A DNA stretch of 57,730 nt. Origin: Oscillospiraceae bacterium (GTDB lineage Bacteria; Bacillota; Clostridia; Oscillospirales; UBA929). The DNA is taken from contig JAIRWH010000074.1 in the NCBI GenBank assembly GCA_031253545.1, forward strand, positions 1 to 57,730, read 5' to 3'. The position numbers and the translations under genes are program-made. Under the pieces are notes generated by a model. The model had not been told where the DNA came from. It searched no databases and was given only the letters and a program-made list of their open reading frames with translations. The first letter of the stretch is position 1. Each line of letters begins with the position of its first letter. Shown here in pieces: positions 1-8,276 of this stretch.

Positions 1-75
1 GTTCAGCGCCGCAACCTTGTGGCAGATACGAAGCCGGAGCTCCACCCCGCGACATCCCGGGGTCCCCGCGAACGT

Positions 76-294
76 TCACGTTCGCGAGGTGGAGCTCATC
101 CGCAACCCGCCAAGCGGAACGGGGAACTTCTCCGGCAGGGTTACGCCGAGGCTGAGCGTGAGCGAGCGCTGAGCGTCCGCGTCAATACACAGTACGCTCT
201 TGCCCTGCCTTGCAAGCCCCGCGCCGAGGCTCGCGGCGGTCATGGTCTTACCCACGCCGCCTTTCATGTTGGAGATTGCCAATACTTTGCCCAT
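76..294 (-). pseudogene. ParA/Soj-family partition ATPase, truncated by a premature TGA after 72 codons
   Basis: The translation MGKVLAISNMKGGVGKTMTAASLGAGLARQGKSVLCIDADAQRSL carries the deviant Walker A KGGVGKT typical of ParA/MinD ATPases. A GGAGGG RBS lies just upstream. Family members are about 250 aa, but this frame hits TGA at 76-78. The same frame then stays open to the window edge (GVEL...AAL). Confidence 0.6.
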
Positions 295-417
295 AGTGTT
301 CCCTCCTTCGTTTTTTGGAGGGGCGGTTTTAGCGTCAATATCACGCCAAGCCTGCCAATCCGAAAAACCGACCCCTCGTTTTGAGTTGGAAAAGAGTGGA
401 GAAAGATAACGCCATAT

Positions 418-514
418 CCGCTACCCCTTGATTACGCAGAGTTTCCCTCTAAGCCTCGCGTGTATCGCCTCTGTACTGCCGCTACCCCTTGATTACGCAA
501 GGTTTACGCAAGGT
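418..514. repeat. Iteron-like direct repeats upstream of the parA remnant
   Basis: An identical 21-mer, CCGCTACCCCTTGATTACGCA, occurs at 418-438 and 479-499, 61 bp apart. The second copy runs into a tandem 11-mer, TTACGCAAGGT x2 (493-503 and 504-514). Confidence 0.8.
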
Positions 515-545
515 TTCCGGATTTGGCGCTATTATACCCTATGGG

Positions 546-587
546 CACTAACCACTAACCACTTACAACTGACAACTAACCACTAAT
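546..587 (-). repeat. Heptanucleotide array, copy C (six tandem 7-mers)
   Basis: The + strand reads CACTAAC CACTAAC CACTTAC AACTGAC AACTAAC CACTAAT. This is the reverse complement of the GGTTAGT/TGTCAGT units seen at 42165-42226 and 43374-43491. The array ends 106 nt upstream of the ATG at 694 and is followed by an unusually AT-rich stretch (588-640). Confidence 0.85.
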
Positions 588-693
588 CTTTAATAAATAC
601 AAAATTATCTTTAATTTTTATATGGATTGTTCTCGCGAGGCGTGATATACTTGCACAGGCTGTACCATCTAATATTTTTGGGAGGTAAATCTT

Positions 694-1416
694 ATGAAAC
701 GTGTCCTTTCTCTCGCGTGTGTCCTCGCGCTCGCGCTTTCCCTGCTCGTCGTCGTCCCCGCCGCCTCTGCTGCGGAGACCGCGCTCAACCTCGGTAGCGC
801 GCTCACCATTTCCGACCCCGGCAATTACATCGGCGCGATGATTGACGCGTCCATCTTCACCGTGGGAAGCGCCTACAAATTGGAGTTCAACGTCACCAGC
901 GCGGGCACCACGGCGTTCCGTGTGCGTTACAGCGAAAACTTCATGGAAAACGGCCCCTTCTACGACGGTGACTTCGTCAGCGCGGACCCGGCGAAAGACC
1001 GCGGCAACCTCGACGCATACCAAATCCCCGCGTTCTTCACCAACGGGCCTATCGCCGACGGCGACACCGTGACGCTCACTGTCTACTTTAAGCACGGCGA
1101 TTTGCAGTCGCAGGGGATTAACTACGTCGGGCTGTTCGGCGGTAGCGGCGGCTCCGATTACATCGTCAACTCCGTGAAGGTCACGGCGATTGAATCGGTG
1201 CCTGATGTACCGCCGCTCCCGGGTGGCACAGACCCCTCCACCCCGCCCACCACCCCGCCCGTTGACCCCTCCACCCCGCCGGTTGACCCCTCCGTGCCCC
1301 CCACCACCGGCCCGGGCGCGCCCACAGGCGATAACGGCTTCGTGTTCGTGGCTCTCGGCCTGCTTGCCCTGACGGGTCTCGGCGTGGTGGTGCTCGTGCG
1401 TAAGAGCAAGGCTTAA
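694..1416 (+). CDS. Secreted cell-surface protein: signal peptide, beta-sandwich (CBM-like) domain, Pro/Thr linker and a TGDN-TM-basic C-terminal sorting signal
   Basis: A GGGAGG RBS lies 8 nt upstream of the ATG. The N-terminus MKRVLSLACVLALALSLLVVVPAASAAE is a Sec signal peptide. A PT-rich linker follows (PSTPPTTPPVDPSTPPVDPSVPPTT). The C-terminus is GAPTGDNGFVFVALGLLALTGLGVVVLVRKSKA, i.e. a motif, a hydrophobic helix and a basic tail. Confidence 0.8.
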   Translation: MKRVLSLACVLALALSLLVVVPAASAAETALNLGSALTISDPGNYIGAMIDASIFTVGSAYKLEFNVTSAGTTAFRVRYSENFMENGPFYDGDFVSADPAKDRGNLDAYQIPAFFTNGPIADGDTVTLTVYFKHGDLQSQGINYVGLFGGSGGSDYIVNSVKVTAIESVPDVPPLPGGTDPSTPPTTPPVDPSTPPVDPSVPPTTGPGAPTGDNGFVFVALGLLALTGLGVVVLVRKSKA

Positions 1417-1441
1417 ACCAATAATATAGGAGGAATGCGAA

Positions 1442-2185
1442 ATGAAAACCCGTAAGCTCATCTCCGCCCTCTGCCTCGCCGCCCTTCTCGCCTTCACGTT
1501 CGCCGCGCCCACCCTCGCCGCCGACGGCGACATCGTGTGGGATATGACCCCGGCGGAGGTTCAGGCAATCGTAGATGCCATAGATGCCGGTCAGGGTGAA
1601 ACCGGCACAACTTGGCTCAAGGCGTGCGGCTACTCCGATGAAGTGAAGTCCGGCAACGCCCTCAAGTTCGAGAACAGAGTCACTTGGTATGACGGCATTG
1701 ACATCAAAACGGGCGAATTAGACGCGAGCAAGGTCTACACCTTCGTCATCAAGGTCAGTTCCGACACGGAGCAAATCTTCGTAATCAACCGCAACGGCGA
1801 TTACGCCAACTACCTCATTTCGCCGAAGGTTAAGAGTTACACGTTTACCCTGAAAACCGACGGCAAAGCGGGCGACAAAATGGGCAGCCTCACGCTCGAA
1901 AGCGACTTCATGTTCGCCTCCTCGCTCGGTGCCATGCGCACGGTACGTGTCGGCACGGAAAACGACAGTAGGGACGGTCATAACGACGGGGTTTCCACAC
2001 ACCCCACTTTCCAAATTGACGGAATCACCATCTACGAAGGAGATGCCCCCGCCGCTCCGAGCACCCCGCCTCAAGGTGGCGGTTCCTCCGCCACGGGCGA
2101 CAACCTCCTCATCTTCGCGGCTCTCGGCATGCTCACGCTCTGCTGCGTGGTATTCGCGCTCACCCGCAGGGTAAAGGCGAAGTAA
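1442..2185 (+). CDS. Paralogous-architecture secreted cell-surface protein with a TGDN-TM-basic C-terminal sorting signal
   Basis: A GGAGGA RBS is present. The signal peptide is MKTRKLISALCLAALLAFTFAAPTLAAD. The globular domain ends in FQIDGITIYEG, which looks like a CBM. The C-terminus is GGGSSATGDNLLIFAALGMLTLCCVVFALTRRVKAK. The gene starts 25 nt after the previous gene, so they probably form an operon. Confidence 0.8.
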   Translation: MKTRKLISALCLAALLAFTFAAPTLAADGDIVWDMTPAEVQAIVDAIDAGQGETGTTWLKACGYSDEVKSGNALKFENRVTWYDGIDIKTGELDASKVYTFVIKVSSDTEQIFVINRNGDYANYLISPKVKSYTFTLKTDGKAGDKMGSLTLESDFMFASSLGAMRTVRVGTENDSRDGHNDGVSTHPTFQIDGITIYEGDAPAAPSTPPQGGGSSATGDNLLIFAALGMLTLCCVVFALTRRVKAK

Positions 2186-2243
2186 GACAAAACAAAAACA
2201 GCCCGGGTCGGCCCTTGCCGGCTCCGAGAACCCCCGGAAATAA

Positions 2244-2275
2244 AACAGCGACCCGTAACGGGTCGCTGTTTCTTA
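2244..2275. terminator. Bidirectional rho-independent terminator between convergent genes
   Basis: The stem AACAGCGACCCG (2244-2255) pairs with CGGGTCGCTGTT (2259-2270) around a TAA loop. It is flanked by TAAAA on the left and TTTCTT on the right. It lies between the stop of 1442..2185 and the stop of the histidine kinase. Confidence 0.8.
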
Positions 2276-3871
2276 TGTCGCCTTGGCAAACTCCGCGTAG
2301 AACTCCACGCCGTCTTCGGTATTGCGGAAACCGAATGGCATACCGTGTATGAGCATATGCGCCTTTACTATGGCAAGCCCCAGGCCCACTTCGCCCGCGT
2401 CGCGGCTGCGGCCCTCGTCCGCGCGGTAGAAGCTCTGCCATATATTCTCCGCCTTGCTTTCGTCAATACGCGAGCCGGAGTTATACACGCCGAGGCGCAG
2501 CCGCCCGCCGCCCGCCACCTCCACGCTCACGCGTATGCGCCCGCCTTCGGGGCAATGGCGCAGCGCGTTGGTGAGGTAATTGCGCAGCACCTGCTCGCAG
2601 CCGTCGCGGTCGGCGCGCGCCATGCGGTCTTCGCGCAGCTCCGCTTTCGCGTCAATGCCTTTTTGGCGCAGCTGCAGCGAAAGCGAGGCGAGCATCCGTT
2701 CGGCAAGCGCCCCTAAGTCCACATCGGCGTAATCCGGCGCGACGCGCCCGCTTTGCAGCCGCGCCAAACGCAGCAGGCTTTGCAGCAAATGCGTCATGCT
2801 GCGGCTTTCTTCCAATATGGCGTCGCAATATTCGTCTCTGGTTTTCTCATCGGCGGCAATACCGTATTTCAAACCCTCCGCGTAGCCGGAGATAATGGAT
2901 ATGGGCGTTTTCAGCTCATGCGAGATGTTGGATACAAGGGCTTTTTGCGCCTGCTCGGCCCTCGCGCGCTCCTCTATGTCGCGCCGCAGCTGTTCGTTAG
3001 CGCCGTAAAGCTCCTGCGTGTAATCTTGCAGCGCGTCGGACATGGCGTTTATGCTGCGCCCCAGTTCGCCCAATTCGTCGCGCGAAGTAGCCGCCACGCG
3101 GCGCGAGAAGTCCAGCCGCGCCAAGTTGCCCGCCACAGCCCGCATCTGCTTTATGGGGCGCGTGAAGAGCACCGAAAGCGCTATGGCCGCCACAAAGCCC
3201 GCCGCAAGCGCAATCAGCCCCGCGAGCAGGGAAAAGCGCGTGGCGAGCCGCGCCGACTCCGACACGGACTCTATGGGTATCTGCATGAGCGCGTAGGTGT
3301 ATTTATCCAACCTGCCGAACAGCGTCAGGCGCGTCTGCGTCTGCGTCTGCGCCGCGCCGAATCCCCGGGAAGGGCCGAAAGCGCCGTCTCCGCCCTCGTC
3401 GCTCACAAGCGCGGACGGCGAATCGCCGAGCGCGGAAACCAAAGCCCGTATATACGCGCTGTCGCTCTGCTTGCGTATGCTGCCGGAAAGCCCCGCCATT
3501 TCCCTGCGAATTTCGCTGAGAAACAGGTATTGCGTCTCGCCGATAACGCCGCCGTACAGCTTGTAGTATTCCTCGCCCATCAGCCCCTCGTTGCGCAGCG
3601 ATTCCGCGCACAGCAGCGTATATATGGTCACGCGGATATTCTTTTCCTCCGCTTGCCGCAGGCTGTTGTATGCCGCGTCGGGGTCGTAGGTGGAATAGGA
3701 CGCGTAGAGGGCATCAAAGCCGCTGATAAGCTGGCTCCTTTTGTGCCTCGCGTAGTAGTCTTCCAAGAAAATGCCGCCAAACGCCCACACAAGCGCGAGG
3801 TTTATGAGCAGCACGAGCGTCATGGCCACGCAGAGCTTGGCGCTCAGGCCGAGGCGCGGCTTCTTTTTCAT
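2273..3871 (-). CDS. Sensor histidine kinase (TM, HAMP, HisKA, HATPase_c)
   Basis: The H-box is SHELKTPISIISGYAEGL, and the G-box is GEVGLGLAIVKAHM. I trimmed the start to MKKKPRLGLSAKLCVAMTLVLL at 3871. That ATG overlaps the response-regulator stop as ATGA. Confidence 0.85.
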   Translation of the reverse strand: MKKKPRLGLSAKLCVAMTLVLLINLALVWAFGGIFLEDYYARHKRSQLISGFDALYASYSTYDPDAAYNSLRQAEEKNIRVTIYTLLCAESLRNEGLMGEEYYKLYGGVIGETQYLFLSEIRREMAGLSGSIRKQSDSAYIRALVSALGDSPSALVSDEGGDGAFGPSRGFGAAQTQTQTRLTLFGRLDKYTYALMQIPIESVSESARLATRFSLLAGLIALAAGFVAAIALSVLFTRPIKQMRAVAGNLARLDFSRRVAATSRDELGELGRSINAMSDALQDYTQELYGANEQLRRDIEERARAEQAQKALVSNISHELKTPISIISGYAEGLKYGIAADEKTRDEYCDAILEESRSMTHLLQSLLRLARLQSGRVAPDYADVDLGALAERMLASLSLQLRQKGIDAKAELREDRMARADRDGCEQVLRNYLTNALRHCPEGGRIRVSVEVAGGGRLRLGVYNSGSRIDESKAENIWQSFYRADEGRSRDAGEVGLGLAIVKAHMLIHGMPFGFRNTEDGVEFYAEFAKAT

Positions 3872-4533
3872 TCCTCCAGCTTGTAGCCGTGGCCGCGCAC
3901 CGTCTTTATCAGCTCGCCGCACGCGCCGAGCTTTGTGCGCATATTTTTCACGTGGGTGTCAATCGTGCGCGCGTCGCCGAAGAAGTCGTAGTTCCACACG
4001 GAGTTGAGGATTTGCTCGCGCGAGAGGGCGATGCCTTTGTTTTTCATGAAGTACAGCAGAAACTCAAACTCCTTGGGTGTCAACTCGGCGGGTTCGCCGT
4101 TGCATTTGACGGTGTAGGCGCGTGTGTCGAGGGTGATACCCCCCGCCGTATACACCGCCGCCTCCGCCTCGCCGCCGCGTTTGAGCAGCGCGCGGATACG
4201 CGCCTGCAACACGGCAAGGGAGAAGGGTTTTGTGAGGTAATCGTCCGTGCCGGACGTAAAAGCGTCTAATTCGTCTTCCTCTTCGCTCTTTGCCGTGAGC
4301 ATGAGCACGGGTATCTTGGAAAAGCCGCGTATCTCCCGCAGGGCGGTGATACCGTCCATTACGGGCATCATTACGTCCATGACCACCAAAGACAGGCCGC
4401 CCGTGCGCGTTACCGCGTCCAAGGCGCTTTTGCCGTTGTCGGCTTCCAGCACCTCGTAGCCTTCCCGGCGCAGGCAATCGCCCACCAAGCGCCGCAGCTT
4501 CGCCTCGTCGTCCACAATGAGGATTTTTACCAT
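3868..4533 (-). CDS. OmpR-family response regulator
   Basis: The receiver domain is MVKILIVDDE...VVMDVMMPVMDG...LTAK. The winged-helix C-terminus is TIDTHVKNMRTKLG...IKTVRGHGYKLEE. I trimmed the start to the ATG at 4533, which has a GGAGGG RBS. Confidence 0.9.
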   Translation of the reverse strand: MVKILIVDDEAKLRRLVGDCLRREGYEVLEADNGKSALDAVTRTGGLSLVVMDVMMPVMDGITALREIRGFSKIPVLMLTAKSEEEDELDAFTSGTDDYLTKPFSLAVLQARIRALLKRGGEAEAAVYTAGGITLDTRAYTVKCNGEPAELTPKEFEFLLYFMKNKGIALSREQILNSVWNYDFFGDARTIDTHVKNMRTKLGACGELIKTVRGHGYKLEE

Positions 4534-4631
4534 GCTCGCCCTCCGCCCCTCCGTATGGGAATGCCGCAATATCTCCGCCCCGGCGCGTTTCGTTCAACGC
4601 CTCCCGTTACCCGGCGGGCGGCGCTTTGCCG

Positions 4632-5852
4632 TCACACCTGCTCGTCGAACGTCAGCGTCAGCACATACTCCCTGCCTTCGCGCCACACGGTCACTCTCAC
4701 CGTGTCGCCCGCTTGGTGCCTGTCCCTTGAGGCGAGCAAGCTGTTTAAGTCGGTGATTTTGTCGCCGTCAAGCTCTGTGATGATGTCGCCGGCAACAATA
4801 CCCGCTTTTTGGGCGCAACTGCCTCCGGTTACTTCGCGCACCATCACGCCCGGCACCAAGCCCTCGTCGTTTGCCCTGCTCTCGCTCACGGTCTCCGCCG
4901 TGATACCCAAGTAGGGGCGGCCGCGCACAAACCCGTGTTCCGTCAGGTCGGCCACGACTTTGGCCGCCGTGTCGGCGGGAATGGCAAAGCCCAAACCCTC
5001 GGCGTAGGTGGAGGTGCTCTTGGCGTTGATAACGCCCACAACCTTGCCGTATCCGTCAATGAGCGGGCCGCCGGAATTGCCGGGGCTCACGGCCGCGTCT
5101 GTCTGCATCAGCACCATTTTTACGTCTTCCACGGTCACGGTGCGGTCTAACCCGCTGATATAACCCACGGTGAGCGTGTTGGCAAGTTCGCCGAGCGGGT
5201 TGCCTATGGCCACCACGGGGTCGCCCACGCGCGCTTCGGCGGAGGAGCCGAACGAGAGGTAATCATACCCTGTGCCGTCTACTTTGAGCAGGGCGATGTC
5301 GGCTTCGGCATCCGAACCGACAAGCCTTGCCGTGAGCTTTGTGCCGTCGTGCATAATGACCTCAATCTTGCTCGCGCCGCTGATAACGTGGTGGTTGGTC
5401 ACGATAAAGCCGTCTTCGGATATGAAAAACCCGGAGCCGGAGCCTTGCAACACGGTGGAGCTGCCGCCCCTGAATCCACCGCCCGCCGCGTAATTGTCAA
5501 TGGCCACCACGGCGCTGTTGCAAAGCTCATAAATCTGCGCCGGTGTCAGCGAGTCCGCAACGTCGTCGGACGCGTCGGTGGACACGGGCTGGAAGGGCGC
5601 GGGGTCGGGGGATACGCTCGGCTGCGACTGCTGCGAAGATTGAGAAGGGGGGTCGCCCTTGTCGGCGAGAAAATACCCGGTCAGCCCGCCGGCCGTGCCC
5701 GCGAGGACAAAACCCGCCAGTATGATGGCCGCCACCGCGAAGGTACGTTTCTTGCGGCGGACGGGCGCGGGCGGAAGCGACGCGGCCTCGGCGGGTCTCG
5801 TGACGGTGAAGTTGTAACGCTGTTCGTTGCCGTTATAATTGTTGTAATCCAT
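4632..5852 (-). CDS. htrA: HtrA/DegP-family serine protease with N-terminal TM anchor and C-terminal PDZ domain
   Basis: The catalytic triad context is TNHHVI, DIALLKV and GNSGGPL. The PDZ segment is GVMVREVTGGSCAQKAGIVAGDIITELDG. I trimmed the start to MDYNNYNG at 5852, which has a GAAAGGAG RBS. Confidence 0.9.
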   Translation of the reverse strand: MDYNNYNGNEQRYNFTVTRPAEAASLPPAPVRRKKRTFAVAAIILAGFVLAGTAGGLTGYFLADKGDPPSQSSQQSQPSVSPDPAPFQPVSTDASDDVADSLTPAQIYELCNSAVVAIDNYAAGGGFRGGSSTVLQGSGSGFFISEDGFIVTNHHVISGASKIEVIMHDGTKLTARLVGSDAEADIALLKVDGTGYDYLSFGSSAEARVGDPVVAIGNPLGELANTLTVGYISGLDRTVTVEDVKMVLMQTDAAVSPGNSGGPLIDGYGKVVGVINAKSTSTYAEGLGFAIPADTAAKVVADLTEHGFVRGRPYLGITAETVSESRANDEGLVPGVMVREVTGGSCAQKAGIVAGDIITELDGDKITDLNSLLASRDRHQAGDTVRVTVWREGREYVLTLTFDEQV

Positions 5853-6049
5853 GATTCTCGCTCCTTTCGGCGTTTTGTCCGGCCGCCCCTGCGCGGCTTG
5901 TCGGTTTTTATTGTATGCCCCGCGTGTGTAGAACGCGTGAAAGAAAACGGGAGTTTTTATGAATATTGCCGCGGGAATCGGCGGTATCGGTTTTGGCGCT
6001 CTCCCCCGAAGGATAGGCAGGCTCCGTCGCCCCGTTGCAACCGCAAGTC

Positions 6050-8128
6050 TCAACGGATGCCGCCGCCCGGCGTTTTGTTTTCGAGCTTAAATTGCGATAT
6101 AAGCCCGTCGAGCATGACGGACTGGCTGCTCATTTCCTCGGATGCGGCCGCGCTCTGCTCGGCTGTGGCGCTGTTTTGTTGCACCACTTGCGCCACTTGG
6201 TCTATGCCTTTGTTTATCTGCGCTATGCCGGCCGACTGCAAGCCTGAGGAACGGGCGATGTCGCCGATTATGGCGTTGCTTTCGTTTACGCCGTGCACTA
6301 TCTTGGCAAGGCTCACGGCCGTTTCTCCCGCGATATGCGTGCCGAGCTCCGCTTTCGTCATTGAGCTTGTAATAAGCTCGCCTGTGTCTTTGGCGGCCGC
6401 CGCGCTCTTTGAGGCAAGGCTGCGCACCTCCTCCGCCACCACGGCGAAGCCCTTGCCGTGTTGCCCGGCGCGCGCGGCCTCCACGGCGGCGTTGAGCGCG
6501 AGTATATTCGTCTGAAACGCGATGTCGTCTATGACCTTGATGACTTTTTGTATATCGCGGCTGGCTTGGTTTATGTCGTTCACGGCGGCGAGCATTTCGT
6601 CCATCTGCCGGCTGCCTTCCTCGGCGCTGCTGCGGATGGAGTTGATGAGCGCGGCGGCGCGCGAGGCCATATCCGCGTTTTCCTTTATTTTTTGCGCGAT
6701 TTCGGATACCGATGCCGAGAGTTCCTGCACGGATGCTGCCTGTTGTGTGCTACCCTGCGCCAGGGATTGCGCGCCGTCGGCAATCTGCTTGGAGCCGGCG
6801 GAAACGAGCGAAGCGGAACGGTTTACGCCGCCGAGCAGGTCGTTGAAGCTGCCGAGCATACTCAACAGGGACTTTGCCATAACGTCGAAGTCGGAAAGCG
6901 TCTCGATTTGTGTGGTCAGGTCGCCCGTGGCAATAGTGCCCAATTCTTCCGCCATATGCGTCACGTGCCTTATAAAGGCAAAGCAATCCCTGATTGTCTG
7001 CCCGATTTCGTCGGTGCCGGCGGCGTACTTTGTCGTGAGGTCGGCATCTTCGGGTTTGAAGTCCAAACCCCCCGTGGAGGCCGCCCGCCTCATGTAGGAG
7101 GAAAGCGCGGAAAGCGGCCTGCTCATTGACCTGCCGATGACAAAAGCTATGACGAGCACAATGGAGAGCGCCACGACGAATATGACGGCAAACCTTATGA
7201 TGGAGGCGTATATCTCGGCGTTGACCTCGTTCTTAGGCGCTAAGACAAACACGGCGTAGCCGTTGAAGAGCGCTGCGGACGCTCCGAGGTAATCGCGCCC
7301 GGCGAGCTTAGTCGGAAACACGCCGCCGCTCTGCTCCGACGCGAGCGAGAGCGCGCTTTTCTCCGCCGCGGAGAGGGTGCCTATCACATCGCCGGTTTCC
7401 ACAAACGCGCCGCCGTTGTCTCGCATCAGCGCGAAGCCCGTATCGTATACCACAACGTTTTTCACCAATTCCCCGACATGGTTCACGGAGATGTCCGCGC
7501 CCACCACGCCGACTATTGCGTGGCCGATGACAACCGGTTCGGAGTAGCTCACCGCGAGGGAACCGTCTACCCATGTGTACACGGGCGACCAGTACGGCGC
7601 GCCGGACGTGTACGCGCCGTAAAACCAGAGCATATCGTCGGAGGATGTGTTTTTGTAGTCGTCGTAAGACTGCGGTTCGGCGGGCGCGACACCGCCGCCG
7701 TCGGTTTTCTCGTAAAACACCTCGCTCACAAGCGGGTGGCCCGCAAGGTCGGGATGCAGGGCGAAATACGCGCCGGAAATGAAGTCGGAGCCGGAGATGA
7801 TATTGCGGATAAACCCGCCCATCACGGGCTCTATGTCCGCGCCGAAGTAGCCTTCGGCATCTTCGCGGTATTTCGCCGGGTCGAAGTAGGCCTCCGCGAA
7901 GTGCCTCATGCCCGCCACGGCGTACGAGGCATCCGTAAACGCCAGAGCGCTCTCGTCCGATATTTCGAGCGCGCGGTATTCAAGGCTCAGGTTGGAATGC
8001 CGCCCCGTCTCCGTGATAATGCGAAACTCCATGTACGCGGCGATTGCTCCTGCCACCACGACCACAAACGCGCCGATGATGAACGCAAACTTCCAAGACA
8101 GCTTCTTGAAGGCAAACAACTTCCCCAT
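6050..8128 (-). CDS. Methyl-accepting chemotaxis protein (Cache-like periplasmic domain, HAMP, MCP signalling domain)
   Basis: The conserved signalling hairpin is [41 protein letters not shown]. Two TM segments flank a domain of about 270 aa. The ATG at 8128 lies 10 nt after a GGGAGG RBS, whereas the ORF-track TTG at 8134 is too close to it. Confidence 0.9.
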   Translation of the reverse strand: MGKLFAFKKLSWKFAFIIGAFVVVVAGAIAAYMEFRIITETGRHSNLSLEYRALEISDESALAFTDASYAVAGMRHFAEAYFDPAKYREDAEGYFGADIEPVMGGFIRNIISGSDFISGAYFALHPDLAGHPLVSEVFYEKTDGGGVAPAEPQSYDDYKNTSSDDMLWFYGAYTSGAPYWSPVYTWVDGSLAVSYSEPVVIGHAIVGVVGADISVNHVGELVKNVVVYDTGFALMRDNGGAFVETGDVIGTLSAAEKSALSLASEQSGGVFPTKLAGRDYLGASAALFNGYAVFVLAPKNEVNAEIYASIIRFAVIFVVALSIVLVIAFVIGRSMSRPLSALSSYMRRAASTGGLDFKPEDADLTTKYAAGTDEIGQTIRDCFAFIRHVTHMAEELGTIATGDLTTQIETLSDFDVMAKSLLSMLGSFNDLLGGVNRSASLVSAGSKQIADGAQSLAQGSTQQAASVQELSASVSEIAQKIKENADMASRAAALINSIRSSAEEGSRQMDEMLAAVNDINQASRDIQKVIKVIDDIAFQTNILALNAAVEAARAGQHGKGFAVVAEEVRSLASKSAAAAKDTGELITSSMTKAELGTHIAGETAVSLAKIVHGVNESNAIIGDIARSSGLQSAGIAQINKGIDQVAQVVQQNSATAEQSAAASEEMSSQSVMLDGLISQFKLENKTPGGGIR

Positions 8129-8150
8129 GCGCAACCAACCTCCCGGGTTT

Positions 8151-8166
8151 ACAGCTCATGAGCTGT
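8151..8166. promoter_or_regulatory. Perfect 16-bp palindrome in the MCP 5' region
   Basis: ACAGCTCATGAGCTGT is fully self-complementary with no spacer. It lies about 10 nt upstream of the MCP RBS. Confidence 0.5.
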
Positions 8167-8276
8167 GTGTTATTGCTTTGGATATTAACGGTATAACGGT
8201 TTATCGGCCTCTTCCCCCGAGGCGGGAAGACACGTCTTTTCGCTCTCGCCGTAACCGTTTATCGCGAGGGCGATAA

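Noticed and set aside
583-1533. Long ORFs antisense to, or out of frame with, confident genes. Examples are 583..1533(-), 2753..3886(+), 5349..6515(+), 18735..19799(+), 33252..34295(-), 35502..36632(+), 39960..40838(-), 40337..41719(+), 44267..45385(-), 48086..49081(+), 49619..50551(-), 53326..54087(-) and 55325..56323(-).
   Set aside because: Their translations are Arg/Gly/Ala/Pro-rich low-complexity sequence with no motifs or RBS. Each fully overlaps a gene with clear family signatures. These are the expected shadow ORFs of GC-rich DNA.
3326-3349. The (GCGTCT)3-4 repeat inside the histidine kinase gene, and the 24-nt PT-linker repeats at about 1228-1300.
   Set aside because: Both are in-frame multiples of three. 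They encode a QTQTQT loop and PSTPP linker units respectively. They can only vary linker length, which is typical low-complexity coding repeat behaviour.
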